NCBI RefSeq assembly: GCF_027921745.1
Contig: NC_079240.1
Span: forward strand, 2,108,001-2,172,000
DNA from: Schizosaccharomyces osmophilus
Taxonomy: Eukaryota
DNA length: 64,000 nt
Direction: 5' to 3'
Below are positions 34,200 through 45,859 of this stretch, piece by piece; within the stretch, counting starts at the first letter, position 1; the number at the start of each line of letters is the position of its first letter. The translations under genes and the position numbers were made by a program. Below the pieces are notes generated by a model. It had not been told where the DNA came from and made no database searches. It worked only from the letters and a program-made list of their open reading frames with translations.

Positions 34200-36508
34200 T
34201 CACTCAGTGGACACTTTGAAAAGACCATTTGCAGATCGAGAGATAGTAGGAGAATAATGATTTTTCAAGAGAAACGTTTCATAAAGCATGGCAGTCGACG
34301 ATTTGCATAGCTCCGGGTCTTCAACGAACGGTTGATAAATGCCATCACCAATTTGCTCTTCTGAGGTAAACATCCTATGCAACTTTGTGTACCGCGACAC
34401 CAGTCGAGTTAATAGTGCAATTGCTGCCATGGTCGAGTGTTCTGGGAGCTGCAAACTAGAAATAGCTAACCTCTTTGAAAATGCTGCAAGGCGAGCCGGA
34501 CTTACACTCTTACTCTTGAAAAAGAAGGATTGATAGCATTTAAGTATCATTTCCATTTGGGTAGAAGCGTTAACAACGGTTTTCTTTGTAGGTGCATCTG
34601 GATCCCGAAGCCGATTTACCTTGTAAGTCAAATCGGCATCCGGATTCAATGAAAATGGAAGAATTAGTCTGTAAAGTCGCTGAATAAAAATGCTTAAATC
34701 CAAATCCAAATTTAACTTGTTAACTCCAGGTGCAGATGTAATTTCAAAAGCCGTACTAACAGTCAAAAGAGCTTCTCTTGTTGTCTGCACTGCAGGCTTG
34801 CCTTCTGCCAATAGCATATTATCATCCAAGACAAGTTCACGCAAGACCTGCAATAGATCACCAAAAAATTCAACATTAATAAGCCGAGATAATCTAGCCA
34901 ACCCTTCCAAAGCATTGCCTAGTAACTTGCTTCTTGCCTGCAATGTCTTGAAATACGTAAGGAAAACCATTTTCAAGACTTCAGCCTGAAACCTTTCGCG
35001 ATCTTCAGCGGATATAACGGCGTCAGCTTCCTTCATTTCTTTCTCAATTTCCTTAGTTTCCTTTAGCGTTTTCCTCGCTTTTTTCGTAAGATGAGGACGA
35101 TCCTGTTTTCTCTTTTTCAATTTAGTTGGCTCATTAGAGCTATCCTTTAGTTCCATATCGGAAAGGATTTGGATATTTAAAAACAAGTCGTATACATCTG
35201 GAAGAACATCATAATTACGATGCTTAAACATCTTTGACAATAATTTCACACAATCCAACGACACACGTCCAAGGTTATCCTCCTTCAAGATAGTACCTAA
35301 ACTTTTCATTAACATATCAAAATTGTTTCTCTTGGACTTGTGACTTAGTTGCTGTACTGCCAAAGTTAACAATTTATCATGGTAATTAAAGTGTGGTACA
35401 TGCTCAATTAATCGAGACACGCAACGCACTGCAACTTCATAAAGCGACTTTTGTACATCGTTTTCTAGCGAAGGGTACGATTTGAAGATGAACTCTAAAA
35501 TCTCAATGAACCGCATATAATGTTTCAGAAATGTTTGTTCATACGACCAGCGTTGTGCGACTTCTTTGGATAGTTTTGTGCTTTCTTCTTCATCCGACAA
35601 AGGACGAATACGGTAACCAGGAATCAAATCCTGGAAAACCGCAAGAGCAGTCAAAAGACTCAACTTTTTCGTGGTAATCAATGGCGACTGAAATTTTCCG
35701 AAGATACTTTTGAACACGTGTAGAGATTCTTCCGGTTCTTCCAAAAGCTTCTGAGCAAAGGAAGCCAATTCTTCTTTGTCCAATTGTATTTGCTGTCTTG
35801 GTGGAATTTGAGGTTCTTCAACCGAAGGAACATTCGAAGTGTCATCCTCGCTCGCTCTTTCTTCTTCCTTTTCCTCAGAAGAATCTTCACTTTCTATTTC
35901 TTCTTGGTCATCCTGTTCTTTGGCTTCAGTGGCATCTTCCTTCACAGCGTGTAAATGTCCTTCTTTTGTCTTAATGGGCAAACGATTTGAGTCAGCCGTA
36001 TTCCATGAACTAATGGATCTTGGACGAAGCTCATAATCCTGTTCTTGATCGGAATCATTTGAATAATCAATGCCTTCATCAGAATCATAGGAATCGAACC
36101 CCTCATCGCTGCTAATGTCATCTTCTTTGGAAGGCCTCTGGTCATAAATTTCTGGACGAGGTCCTTTTTCTACTTTCTTTGTTAATTCATCTGGTTTGAC
36201 TTTTGCGAGAAACTGCAGTGACGTTGAATTTTCATCCAACATTGCAAAATCCTCCTCAGTCAATTCTCGTTCAGGAGTTTCAGGAACTGGTACTCCCTTC
36301 TTCCCTTTGGTCCCATTTCCTTTATCATCCTGCTTATTATTTCTTCTCTAATGTTAAGTTAGCAAAATTGTCTTTTTACTTTTGTTCACCATACCAATTG
36401 CTTCTTTTCTGACGCATTCTTTTTCTGCTTAGAGCTCTCCTTTATGTTTTTAATTTTAGAGGAAGCCACTTTCGGCTTGGTTGATCCGGAGCCTTTTTTT
36501 GGCGCCAT
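34200..36508 (-). CDS. noc3: Nucleolar complex protein Noc3
   Basis: FQDLIPGYRIRPL motif and CBF domain; intron 36348-36394 links MAPKKGSG in frame. Confidence 0.93.
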
Positions 36509-36876
36509 TTCTTCGTGCTGAGAGAAAGACAACTTCAGGATTGACCTGGAGATTTTGGAATTATCGGCAAATAGTGATGTTGAATGTACTGTTGTTAAAC
36601 GATATCATAATATGAAAAATTGGTAAAAAGAATGGAAAAAAATAAGAAGGCATAAAGAATATGAATGGTTGGAGTGAAAGAAGGAGACTTGACTATTATC
36701 CACTATGAGTGCCCCATCCTCTATAAACATGAGATTGTGAATGTGATCTACAAATGAAATAGCAAAGCGTTGGGGACAGTTTGTGAAAAAAGGTCTTAAA
36801 TGAGAACAAGAGCAACCAAAAAATCTACAATTTGAACTATAAATATCATTAGCAGTATATATGAATTGTGTCACTC

Positions 36877-39148
36877 TCAAGTCGCCTTATCCAAGAGGGC
36901 AAAGAACTGATCTTTTGCTTCTGGGAAACGGGACTCTTGCGAAAACGTCTTTGAAACTTTTTCGGTCACTTTGCGAACATCATAAACTTGTGATGCTGCT
37001 ACGGCAACGTTAGGAAGTGTGCACAGACTACCCAATGCCATAAGAGTCCGGTAGCAGGACTCACTCTCAGAAGAATCTGTAGCTAAAAAGTTCGTCAAGA
37101 CTGGTAAAAGCTCAATCGCTGCTTCCTCAAGATTTTTCTTAATATATAAGATTGACAGGTTCATGGCGAGCGTCGCAAAGGCAACTTTGTAATCTTTTGG
37201 ATATTCGGCTTGTGGTGTGGTCTTATATAAGCAGTTGGCTAACTTTGCAATGTCTTCTTCAGATGACACATTTGGCACGATATTGGCTAGGCCCCGAAGC
37301 GTCAGCATACTATTAATCGATTCAAATTTCCCAGTAACTGTGATTGATTGAGCAAGCTGAGCAAACACTTCCAAGAGAACTGCACAGAGATCCTGTGGAC
37401 ATTGAATTGCTAATAGTCGTAAAGCATCTAGAGCAGGAAATCGTTCGGATAAATTAAAACGGTCCAATACGTTGAGACAGACCTCAATCGCAACTTGACG
37501 ATCAGAATCATTCACAGACTTCATTGATAATATACGTTGCAATTTATCCAAATCCCCTTGAGGAAGAGCATTAGCGTGTGTAGTATTTAGACTTAGTAAT
37601 CGGTTACACATAGCAGAGACATTTGCAGTGGTAAATAAGAGATAACCAACTGGAAAAATCGTTACATTTTTAGTAGAAGTAGATGAATTTGTGGATTGGG
37701 AGGTTGACGATGTATCAACTGTATGCCCTTGGGTATTTTTCTGAATGAATTGGACTACCTCATCCGTATATGACGCTGGTAATTGATTCGTTTCCAAAAA
37801 TCGAATAGCAGCTTGAAACGGATTCTCAGTCACATTATAAGGCAATTTCAAAGGAGCCAGTCCTTCAGCTACGTCAACATCAAACACGTAGTCATATTCT
37901 TGGCCGTTGTATAGTTGCTTACGATTGCTTCCAACAGCATCAACAACTTGGCCAACCTTTTTCCAGTCTCCCTCAAGTTGTGACCATTGATAAGCCTCTA
38001 CATCATTGTTTACTCTGACCATGACCACGTCTCCTTCATTTTTTCCAGGGGTTGCCAGAATTTCAAGACCCGGCAAAGAACCCTTCTTCACATCACCCAC
38101 TTCTTGAGTAGAGATTGCGTATTCACTCACCCGTCCATTAAAACTTTTCAATTCTGCTTCAGGAGCCATTCGTCCTTTTTCTGTCGTGAAAATTCGCACA
38201 GCACCATCACTCGACCCACAAGCAATGTCACCATTTGGAAGAGCGGCAACAGACCATATACTTGTAGTTGGTAAGGCAATACGTTGAACGCATTTGGAAT
38301 CCTTCCAAACGCGTACAGACTTGTCTTCACCACAGGAAACTAACAAATTTAGCGTAGGTACGTATGTAAGCGAATAAACAAAGGAAGTGTGTCCATGTAA
38401 TTCATGTAAAAGATGTCCATCTAAAGTCCACAATTTTATAATGCCGTCATTTGAGCAAGAGGCGAAACCTTGGGGAATTTTACAAATCGATCGTACACAA
38501 TCAACGTGTGCCACAAACGACTTCACTACTTTTTCACCCTTCCAAATCTTGATTGTTTTGTCAGCAGAGCCGGTGACAAACGAATCCTCTCCTAAAGCCA
38601 AGACAGCCCAGACCGAAGATTCATGTCCGCGTAAAACAATTCTGCATTGTCCGTACGACCACACGCGTGCTGTCGAGTCCCAACTTCCGGTGATGATCGT
38701 AGTGCTATTAATTGCGTGAACTGAGCATATATTGGATTCATGTCCGAATAGATAGTAAGCAGGAGAATCGCCCTGGATTTCGTGGAGAATACCTGAACAG
38801 TCTTGTCCACCAGAAAATAGGAATCCTGAGCTTGTTAGCAATCTTATTTTTCTTAATATATATACAAACCTTTTGTACTAGGATCACTCGGGGGAACATA
38901 GCATATGGAATTTACGAATCCTTCATGAAACTCATAGAATTGTGGAGTCCAATTGTCACCATCTTTTTTCCATATACCATATTTTCCGTCTCTTGAAGCA
39001 GATCCTATTAATTCATCTGAAATTGAACATACTCCTCGAACCTGAACTGTTGTTAGTCATCGTACATTCCGTACTTTCAACACTTGCTTCATTTCCTTAC
39101 ATCTTGTTCGTGTTCCACTAGTTCTTTTGAAAGGACATAGGAAGCCAT
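36877..39148 (-). CDS. lub1: WD40-PFU-PUL ubiquitin homeostasis protein (Doa1/Ufd3/PLAA)
   Basis: WD repeats, YDYVFDVDV..LKLPYN PFU domain, RFPALDALRL PUL domain; two 5' introns. Confidence 0.93.
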
Positions 39149-39567
39149 ATTTTTATCTTTCTAATTGATTGACTTGAATGCTGTTAAATCCAAGATGATC
39201 TCTTCGTAATCCAATGTCTCAACTGACGCTACGCTGTATGTTCCCTGTCTTTCGTTACTTGACTAGTAATATGATAATTAGTTACTTACTATGTTAAAAA
39301 TTAAAACTAAGAATTCAAGAAAGAAACCAAGGGAAACATTTCAGACCTCATTTTATTAAATTTATTTCTATTTTTATAAGCTAATTTAATGAATAGAATA
39401 GATGGTGAAAGTAACGAATTATTATAAGAAGAGAAGCTGTGTATACTTAAGGTAAAGAGATGATATTCTTTTTCTTTATTGATATTAGGGATGAAAAACA
39501 GTTGCGATTGATCCAGTATTCTTTATGGTTACTGGTGGTAACCCTTGTTGCATGCGGAAACAATGTT

Positions 39568-40363
39568 TTAGTTTGGAGGTAAAGACTCATCACGATGTCT
39601 ACGATGAGTTTGCCGGCGATGTCGATGCCTGTCCGAGCGGTGATGCCGTGAACGATCACTGTTGGTGTGAGAAGAGCGATGCTTATCATCTAGCTTTCTC
39701 CGCTTTTCATTTTTGATGTATTCGTGCATTGGATCCAACAAATCCTTTTCATCCAACGGCTCAGTATGCTCTTCAGGAACAGGTGGCCGTTCCGTTAACC
39801 CTTGATCAATTTGAGGGGCAGCAGGAGGATACAAGGCATCTAAATTTGGATTATTTGCTTCAGAAGGAATGGTTCCATCTTCTGATTCCTTTTTGGGAAC
39901 TCGATAACTAGCAACATGGTCGACTCGAACTAATCGATCCAGTAACTTGACATTTGTCATGTTATCAACTGCCAAAATCGTTGAACGCTGATCAGCATAT
40001 TTTAAAAAACAATATCCTTTCGATTTCTTCGTTTCTTTATCGCGAACCAAGTTTATGTCCGTAGGCTCGCCAAACTCTGAAAAGACGTTAAGTATATCCT
40101 CTTCGTTCAAGTCATAATCCAAATTCCCAATATAAACGTAGGCACTATCCTTGTAATCCAGATGCCATGAGCTGCTTAGTGGTTTATCCATTTCCTGCTC
40201 ATTTAAGCGTTCGATTTGTCGAATGGAACTAAAAAATTAGTATCAAAACCCTTAAAAAACTCATTTTTTCATAAAAAAATGAATTGCAATGGTTGGAAAT
40301 CCAGACAGTATCAAGTATTCCTTGCAACCTCTAATAAGCACCCAAACAACAAACGTACTTCAT
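39568..40363 (-). CDS. cwf29: RES complex RRM protein (Ist3/Snu17/RBMX2)
   Basis: ATGAA|GTACGT first exon; SWHLDYKDSAYVYIG and DQRSTILAVDN motifs. Confidence 0.92.
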
Positions 40364-40520
40364 TTTCGTTAATAGTTGTAAATTTTTATCTAATCATCCA
40401 ACATGGAATAAACTAACATGAATAATTTCAAGAAATTCAAAGCAATGAGATTCGCTTTATGAGTATGTGGTTTATCGTGCTTGTAGCAAGGAAAAATCAG
40501 CGAACGGGCCCTCGGGCATA

Positions 40521-41115
40521 TTATATGGTAGGGTGAAATTCTTGGTTCTGGAGAAATGAAGAAAGTATACGAGAATGTGTTTGAATAAGCGGATGGCCAG
40601 CGACACTAAAGATAGTTTATGTTAGTAGACTGACATTTTACGCTTCGTTCAATATTACGCTTTAAGAAATGTTTCGAGGCCTTGTCTGCGTTCCTCTATC
40701 ACGTCTTCACGAAAGCGGTTTGTAAAAACTTTTCCTGGCAAGGGAGGAATGGACACACGTCCAATTTCGTGTTCTAGCATGTCGCGAAACCTTTCAAATT
40801 CACTATAACGGCGACGAACACTGGAATATCTCAAGCGAAAGTAGGGCATATTCGTCTGCATTCATTAGCGAGATTAAAAAACCAAGACTACAATATTCAC
40901 AAGGAACATACCCGACATTGAATTTCAAAGGTAGTAAACATGCCTCTTCCAACACCATGATTTTGAGGATTTACAACCTAGTAGAAAATACTGATTAGTT
41001 GAACCCAAACAATTCTCATAGAACTACGTACTTCAATCTCCAAAATGTTTTCCGGAACACCATACATTTGTTGGGTTGTCTGTTGACGAATTTCTGGCCT
41101 ACGCAGTTTGTCCAT
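40521..41115 (-). CDS. snx3: Sorting nexin Snx3 (PX domain, 4 exons)
   Basis: [34 protein letters not shown] across exons. Confidence 0.93.
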
Positions 41116-42412
41116 TTACAAATCCTTATTTTACAAGAAGAAATAACTGAATATAACAAAAATAATGGGGTTTGATACTAAAATTGGGGTTCTTAAATCT
41201 CAGAACAGTTTAGGAGAAGGCAGCTGTTGCTGTGGGCAATTGAGACGAGAAACAAAGCCGAATTATAAACCCCCTTGTCTTTCTTCTCTTGTAAACAAGA
41301 ATTCACTCAAATGAGTTGAAAATAAAGAGACAAGCGATATTGCTATTAATGACAAACAATTCTGTTGCTTTCAATTGAAGTTGACTCGTTGCAACAAAAA
41401 TATGATATATTGCTATACTCTTGTTAAAAGCATTCGTTCTTTATGGAATGATATAAATGATCTCTAAATCTTTTACGTTCAGTACGATTTCTGCTGACTC
41501 CTCGTTTTTTGCATAACACAGGATGGATAGGAAAGAAACAATGCCAATTTATCTGCATCGTTTCCTTTATAAGAGACGTTTAGCCTACATAAAGCTGAGG
41601 AACGAAAGAAGTTCTAATAGTGGACTTCTCTGCTGTTGAAATGTGTGCCATTGTGAAAAAGTTATCAGAAAGATGTGCAAGCTTTTTATGCTAAATAAAG
41701 GGAAAGATTTTAAAAAAAATTGTCTACTTTATTCATCTTGGAAAAGAGAGAAGCCAATTGTATCTATATCTCCTTGATTGAACAAACAAAGGCACCGAAA
41801 GTCAAAAATCTGCCAACGGTAAATTGAAATGCAGGTTGAAAATGGACTGATATATCTATATCCAAAATCGAGGATCAATGGAAGTTGTCGAGCATCGTAC
41901 CGACGGGGGAATAAAGGTGACGACGAAAATACTCGTGATAAGAACTGCATTCATAGAAGCATGTCAGGAAAAGACCATTGCCAGCCTTCAAGGATCCTGG
42001 AAACCCATTTGCTAAGACTACTACACTTGTTGACAAGAGTTACCCAAATATAGAAACGTATGCTATCCTGTTTCTTGACGGAATTACTCAATATTTATCA
42101 ATTGCATTCCAAGAGGGATTTTAGATCCTAGAATTTCCAAGAATACGAGTATCCAGGTTTATCCAACCAAATTCTTCAAACTGACACGGATTATTTCTCA
42201 ATTTAATAAATCCTTTCGATTCAACATAGTGGAAACAAAAAACAAACGAAAACTCGAATATATCTGAATTTCACATACTTTCTAGATGCTTATATGCTTA
42301 TAGAGAGGTGCTAATAAAAATATGCTTTTGTGATCAAATTTTTACAAGCAAGCATTTTTCGAGACATTTAAGAATATCCTAATACCACAACGCATTCCAT
42401 GAAGCATGGACA

Positions 42413-43996
42413 ATGACGGCTATACGGACAAGAATAACGGTTTCTGGAAGAGAAAAGAAGGCATTACGGGCTTTTTATTATAATCAAAGAAAAAAACCTA
42501 CACAGATTGAAGTTGCCGATTGGTTCAAAAGTGAATTTGGAAAACCAATTGCTCAGTCAACATTATCGAGAATTCTTTCAGACAGGTTTGCATACTTGGA
42601 CGATACCGATCAAAATCTGCATGCAAAAAGGAATCGCTCACCAAAATTCCCTGCACTCGAGAAGGCACTGTATAACTGGATTCAGGATTCTCATCTAACA
42701 AGGACGAAAGCCACGAATGATATACTGAAAGCAGCGGCGACGAAGCTATGGGGCGCCATTCCCGAATATAGAGAATCCTCTATGCCTGAATTTAGTAATG
42801 GCTGGGTTGAAGGCTTTCGAAGACGATACCTGGAGCGCGCGGACGAGCCTTCTGGGGGGGAATATTATATCGATGTTGAACAGCTTGGCGACAGCATGGT
42901 GCGTATTCAAGATGTTGCAAGCTTTTTTCCAAAAGAAAACATATTCAACGTGGATGAAACTGGGCTATTTTGGAAATTATTACCGAACCAAACCCCTTCT
43001 ATCGAAAACTGTGGGTATGCAAAGCGTTATAAAGCTAAGATAAGCATTGTAATGTGCGCAAATGCAACCGGAAGTGAGAAGCTCCCCTTATGGGTTGTCG
43101 GATATGCGAAACAACCAAGAGCTTTTCATTCGACCGGTACTTATCCTGAAAATATTGGTATACATTGGCGCTGTTCTGGGAAAGCGTCTATGACACTCAC
43201 CATTATGGAGGAATGGCTCCGTTGGTTTGATTCGAAGATGGAAGGACGAAAGGTATTGTTGGTTCTCGATAATTCCGATGTACACCGGCTTGCGGTTGAA
43301 AGCATTCGTTGTTCTAGTCATTCATTCCAAAACACCACAATAGTCTTTCTTCCTTCCAATTCGACGAATGTCTACCAGCCATTTGAATTGGGCGTTTTTA
43401 ACGCATTTAAGGTTTTGTATAGACTGCAATGGACTCGATACTGGAAAGCGCACCTGTCAAATGGACTATCACCACAAAGCAAGATAAACATTGTTTCCGC
43501 CACGAAATGGATTTCCTCTTCATGGAACATTTTATTGTCCGAAACTGTCATTGACCATGCTTTTCGCCGGTCGGGAGTGTTGAGTATAGCCGATGAGAAT
43601 GAAGCTGCTTCACAGGTCCCTTTCATGTCAAACGAAATAAAAGAAATCGTTGATTTGATTCAAACAGTTTTGGGAAAAACAGAATTCAAGCTGGAAAATT
43701 ATTTGAACCCTTTCGAAGAAAGTTTAGAAGAGAACACGAAAAATTTACAGGATAACGAGATAGCCGCAGAATTTATGAACGATAAGGAATTTGAAACAGA
43801 TGAAGAAGAACAAAGTCTTTCTCTTATTCCTCACGAAAAGGCACTCCAAGCTATTCAGTTGCTTCTATATTTTGAGGTTCAACGATCAAATAAAGATGAT
43901 ACGAAATATCCTCAGATTGAAAAGCATCTATCGATAATCCAAAGTCGGCTACAGAGAAAACAGACTAGCCTAATAAGGCAACAAGAAAATTCTTAA
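42413..43996 (+). CDS. CENP-B/Cbp1(Abp1)-family protein derived from a pogo-like transposase, 527 aa
   Basis: Bipartite HTH (QSTLSRIL; KFPALEKALYNW; FSNGWVEGF) and DDE-type domain (FNVDETGLFW, CANATGSEK, LVLDN, QPFE); intronless. Confidence 0.92.
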   Translation: MTAIRTRITVSGREKKALRAFYYNQRKKPTQIEVADWFKSEFGKPIAQSTLSRILSDRFAYLDDTDQNLHAKRNRSPKFPALEKALYNWIQDSHLTRTKATNDILKAAATKLWGAIPEYRESSMPEFSNGWVEGFRRRYLERADEPSGGEYYIDVEQLGDSMVRIQDVASFFPKENIFNVDETGLFWKLLPNQTPSIENCGYAKRYKAKISIVMCANATGSEKLPLWVVGYAKQPRAFHSTGTYPENIGIHWRCSGKASMTLTIMEEWLRWFDSKMEGRKVLLVLDNSDVHRLAVESIRCSSHSFQNTTIVFLPSNSTNVYQPFELGVFNAFKVLYRLQWTRYWKAHLSNGLSPQSKINIVSATKWISSSWNILLSETVIDHAFRRSGVLSIADENEAASQVPFMSNEIKEIVDLIQTVLGKTEFKLENYLNPFEESLEENTKNLQDNEIAAEFMNDKEFETDEEEQSLSLIPHEKALQAIQLLLYFEVQRSNKDDTKYPQIEKHLSIIQSRLQRKQTSLIRQQENS

Positions 43997-44424
43997 AGTA
44001 GCTTGCTATCCTTCATGATATATAATTAATGTTCACCTATTTTTGATGTCTAGGTTAAGGAATAAGGTATGAAGTTTTTTATTAGCAATCGTTCTTTTGC
44101 AAATGCCTATCGCATATACTTAAAATCTGTAAAATCCTGAATTAATTCTTGCAAATGCCTATGCTAAGAAGAGTTTTTTTTTTACTTGGTTCACAAAGCT
44201 CTCGATCATCATTGCTACTTGACGCTTGTAGACTCGTGTTAACATTTGTAGTTTACATGCTTTTAAATTTAATTTTGTAACATTCATTCATGTGTTGCTT
44301 TTATTGTTGTTTTTTTCGTAATATATTTCTGTGAAGTGCTCACATGTTTACTAGTGAATTTCAGTGACACGTTATCCATTGAACCATCAAGCTCAGACTT
44401 GGGTATATGCTTTTGCTTACAACA

Positions 44425-44899
44425 ATGATCGGTTTGAAAGGTATGTTAAAAGTAATTGACAATTCGGTAAGAGATTTCAAATTTGCATGTTACGGAGTGT
44501 TAATGTTTGAACAGGGAGCAACTCTCGCGGAATGTATTCGCGTTGTACGTGCTGGTCAGTTCGCATCAGTTGGTATGTAAAGTTTGCACATTTCTGGATT
44601 TAACACATATATGTACAGGAGATGAAGTTGTTGTTGTCGTAAAAAAGTCACGAACTGGTCCCAATATCGCTACCGCGAACAAAGTAAAACGAGGTGATAT
44701 TCACCATGCCGTCGTCGTCCGTACAAAGTTTCCACTGCGACGTGCTGATGGACGTTATGTTCGCTTTGATGATAATGCTTGTGTCCTCGTAAATAAGGAC
44801 AGAGAGCCCGTTGGCACTCGTATCTTAAGTGTTGTTGCCAATGAGTTGCGTATGAAGAACCATACAAAATTGGCTTCTTTGGCTCCTAGAACTGTATGA
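44425..44899 (+). CDS. mrpl38: Mitochondrial ribosomal protein uL14m (3 exons)
   Basis: MIGLKGMLKVIDNS|GA.. and RFDDNACVLV motifs. Confidence 0.93.
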
Positions 44900-45183
44900 A
44901 AAGTTGAATGCGACCCAAAACATCCTTCTTTTAATTTAGGATCTCTACAGCTTCTGTAACTTGCAGCTCTTCCAAAACTCGTTCTATGGCCATACTGTGT
45001 CCTTTAGTCTTAGAAAACGACCAATAAGCTCAGCTTTGTCTGAATACCGCTACCACCACTTATTTTAACAAAATAGCAATTTTTTTGTGAAAAATTAATT
45101 AAAACCTATATTTTGTTGTTGTTTAAGTTGATACAAACCGGTGGTAACGGTCGTTTGAAAAATTTTCTGTCTTTCCTTTTATT

Positions 45184-45608
45184 ATGGATTTATTCGCTAT
45201 TGATTTAGATTTTGAACCATCTGAGGCAAAAACCCAGAGAGAAAAACGATTAGAAGCAAAAGTTACTTTTGACCCAAAAGATTGGACGCCTAGAATACAA
45301 GATTTTGGTGTACGTGACTAGACTTGAATAATTCACCGTGTATTCCCGTTACTAATTCTATGTAGCACTTAAGCAAAGATGGTGTTGTTTTAGGAGATCC
45401 CGTCTATATACAGGAACAGTCCAAGTTTGCTGCCGAAGAACAGTATTACCTCTGCAACTATCAGCTTGCAAAAACCTTTGCTTTACAGGCCATGCAAAAA
45501 CCAACTGATACCTCACTAGAATATCACCGATTGACAGGCGGTGAAGTGCACGAGTTGGAAGATGTTGTTCGCCGTAGCGAAAAAAAGCTTCAGCATTCTG
45601 GAGCTTAA
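45184..45608 (+). CDS. Small two-exon protein (122 aa) missing from the ORF track; function unknown
   Basis: Exon 45184-45309, intron GTACGT..TACTAAT..TAG (45310-45365), exon 45366-45608 in frame: MDLFAIDLDFEP..EEQYYLCNYQLAK.. Confidence 0.8.
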
Positions 45609-45859
45609 ACCAATAGAAGGAGAAAAAAGTTCATCTGGGCACTCAGGACGTATATAATTTGGGAAAATTTTGCATTCGTTGATGATTGTTGGAAATATCC
45701 TTTGTAATTTTAGATGAAAAAGACTAATACAATTTTTTTTGTGGTAAACCTTTTGTTATTTATTTTTCTAACGATTTTATTTTGTCTAAGATATAGAATA
45801 AATAGCACATCATGTAAATTATATCTCATAACTAAATTTAAATAAATAGATATAATCAT

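Noticed and set aside
41200..44400. Terminal inverted repeats or LTRs around the CENP-B-like gene
   Set aside because: None seen by eye, so it is not called an active mobile element; a computational search is still needed.
44983..44996. TCTATGGCCATAC resembling the 5S 5' end (also ACGGCCATA near 61768)
   Set aside because: Similarity does not extend; likely chance.
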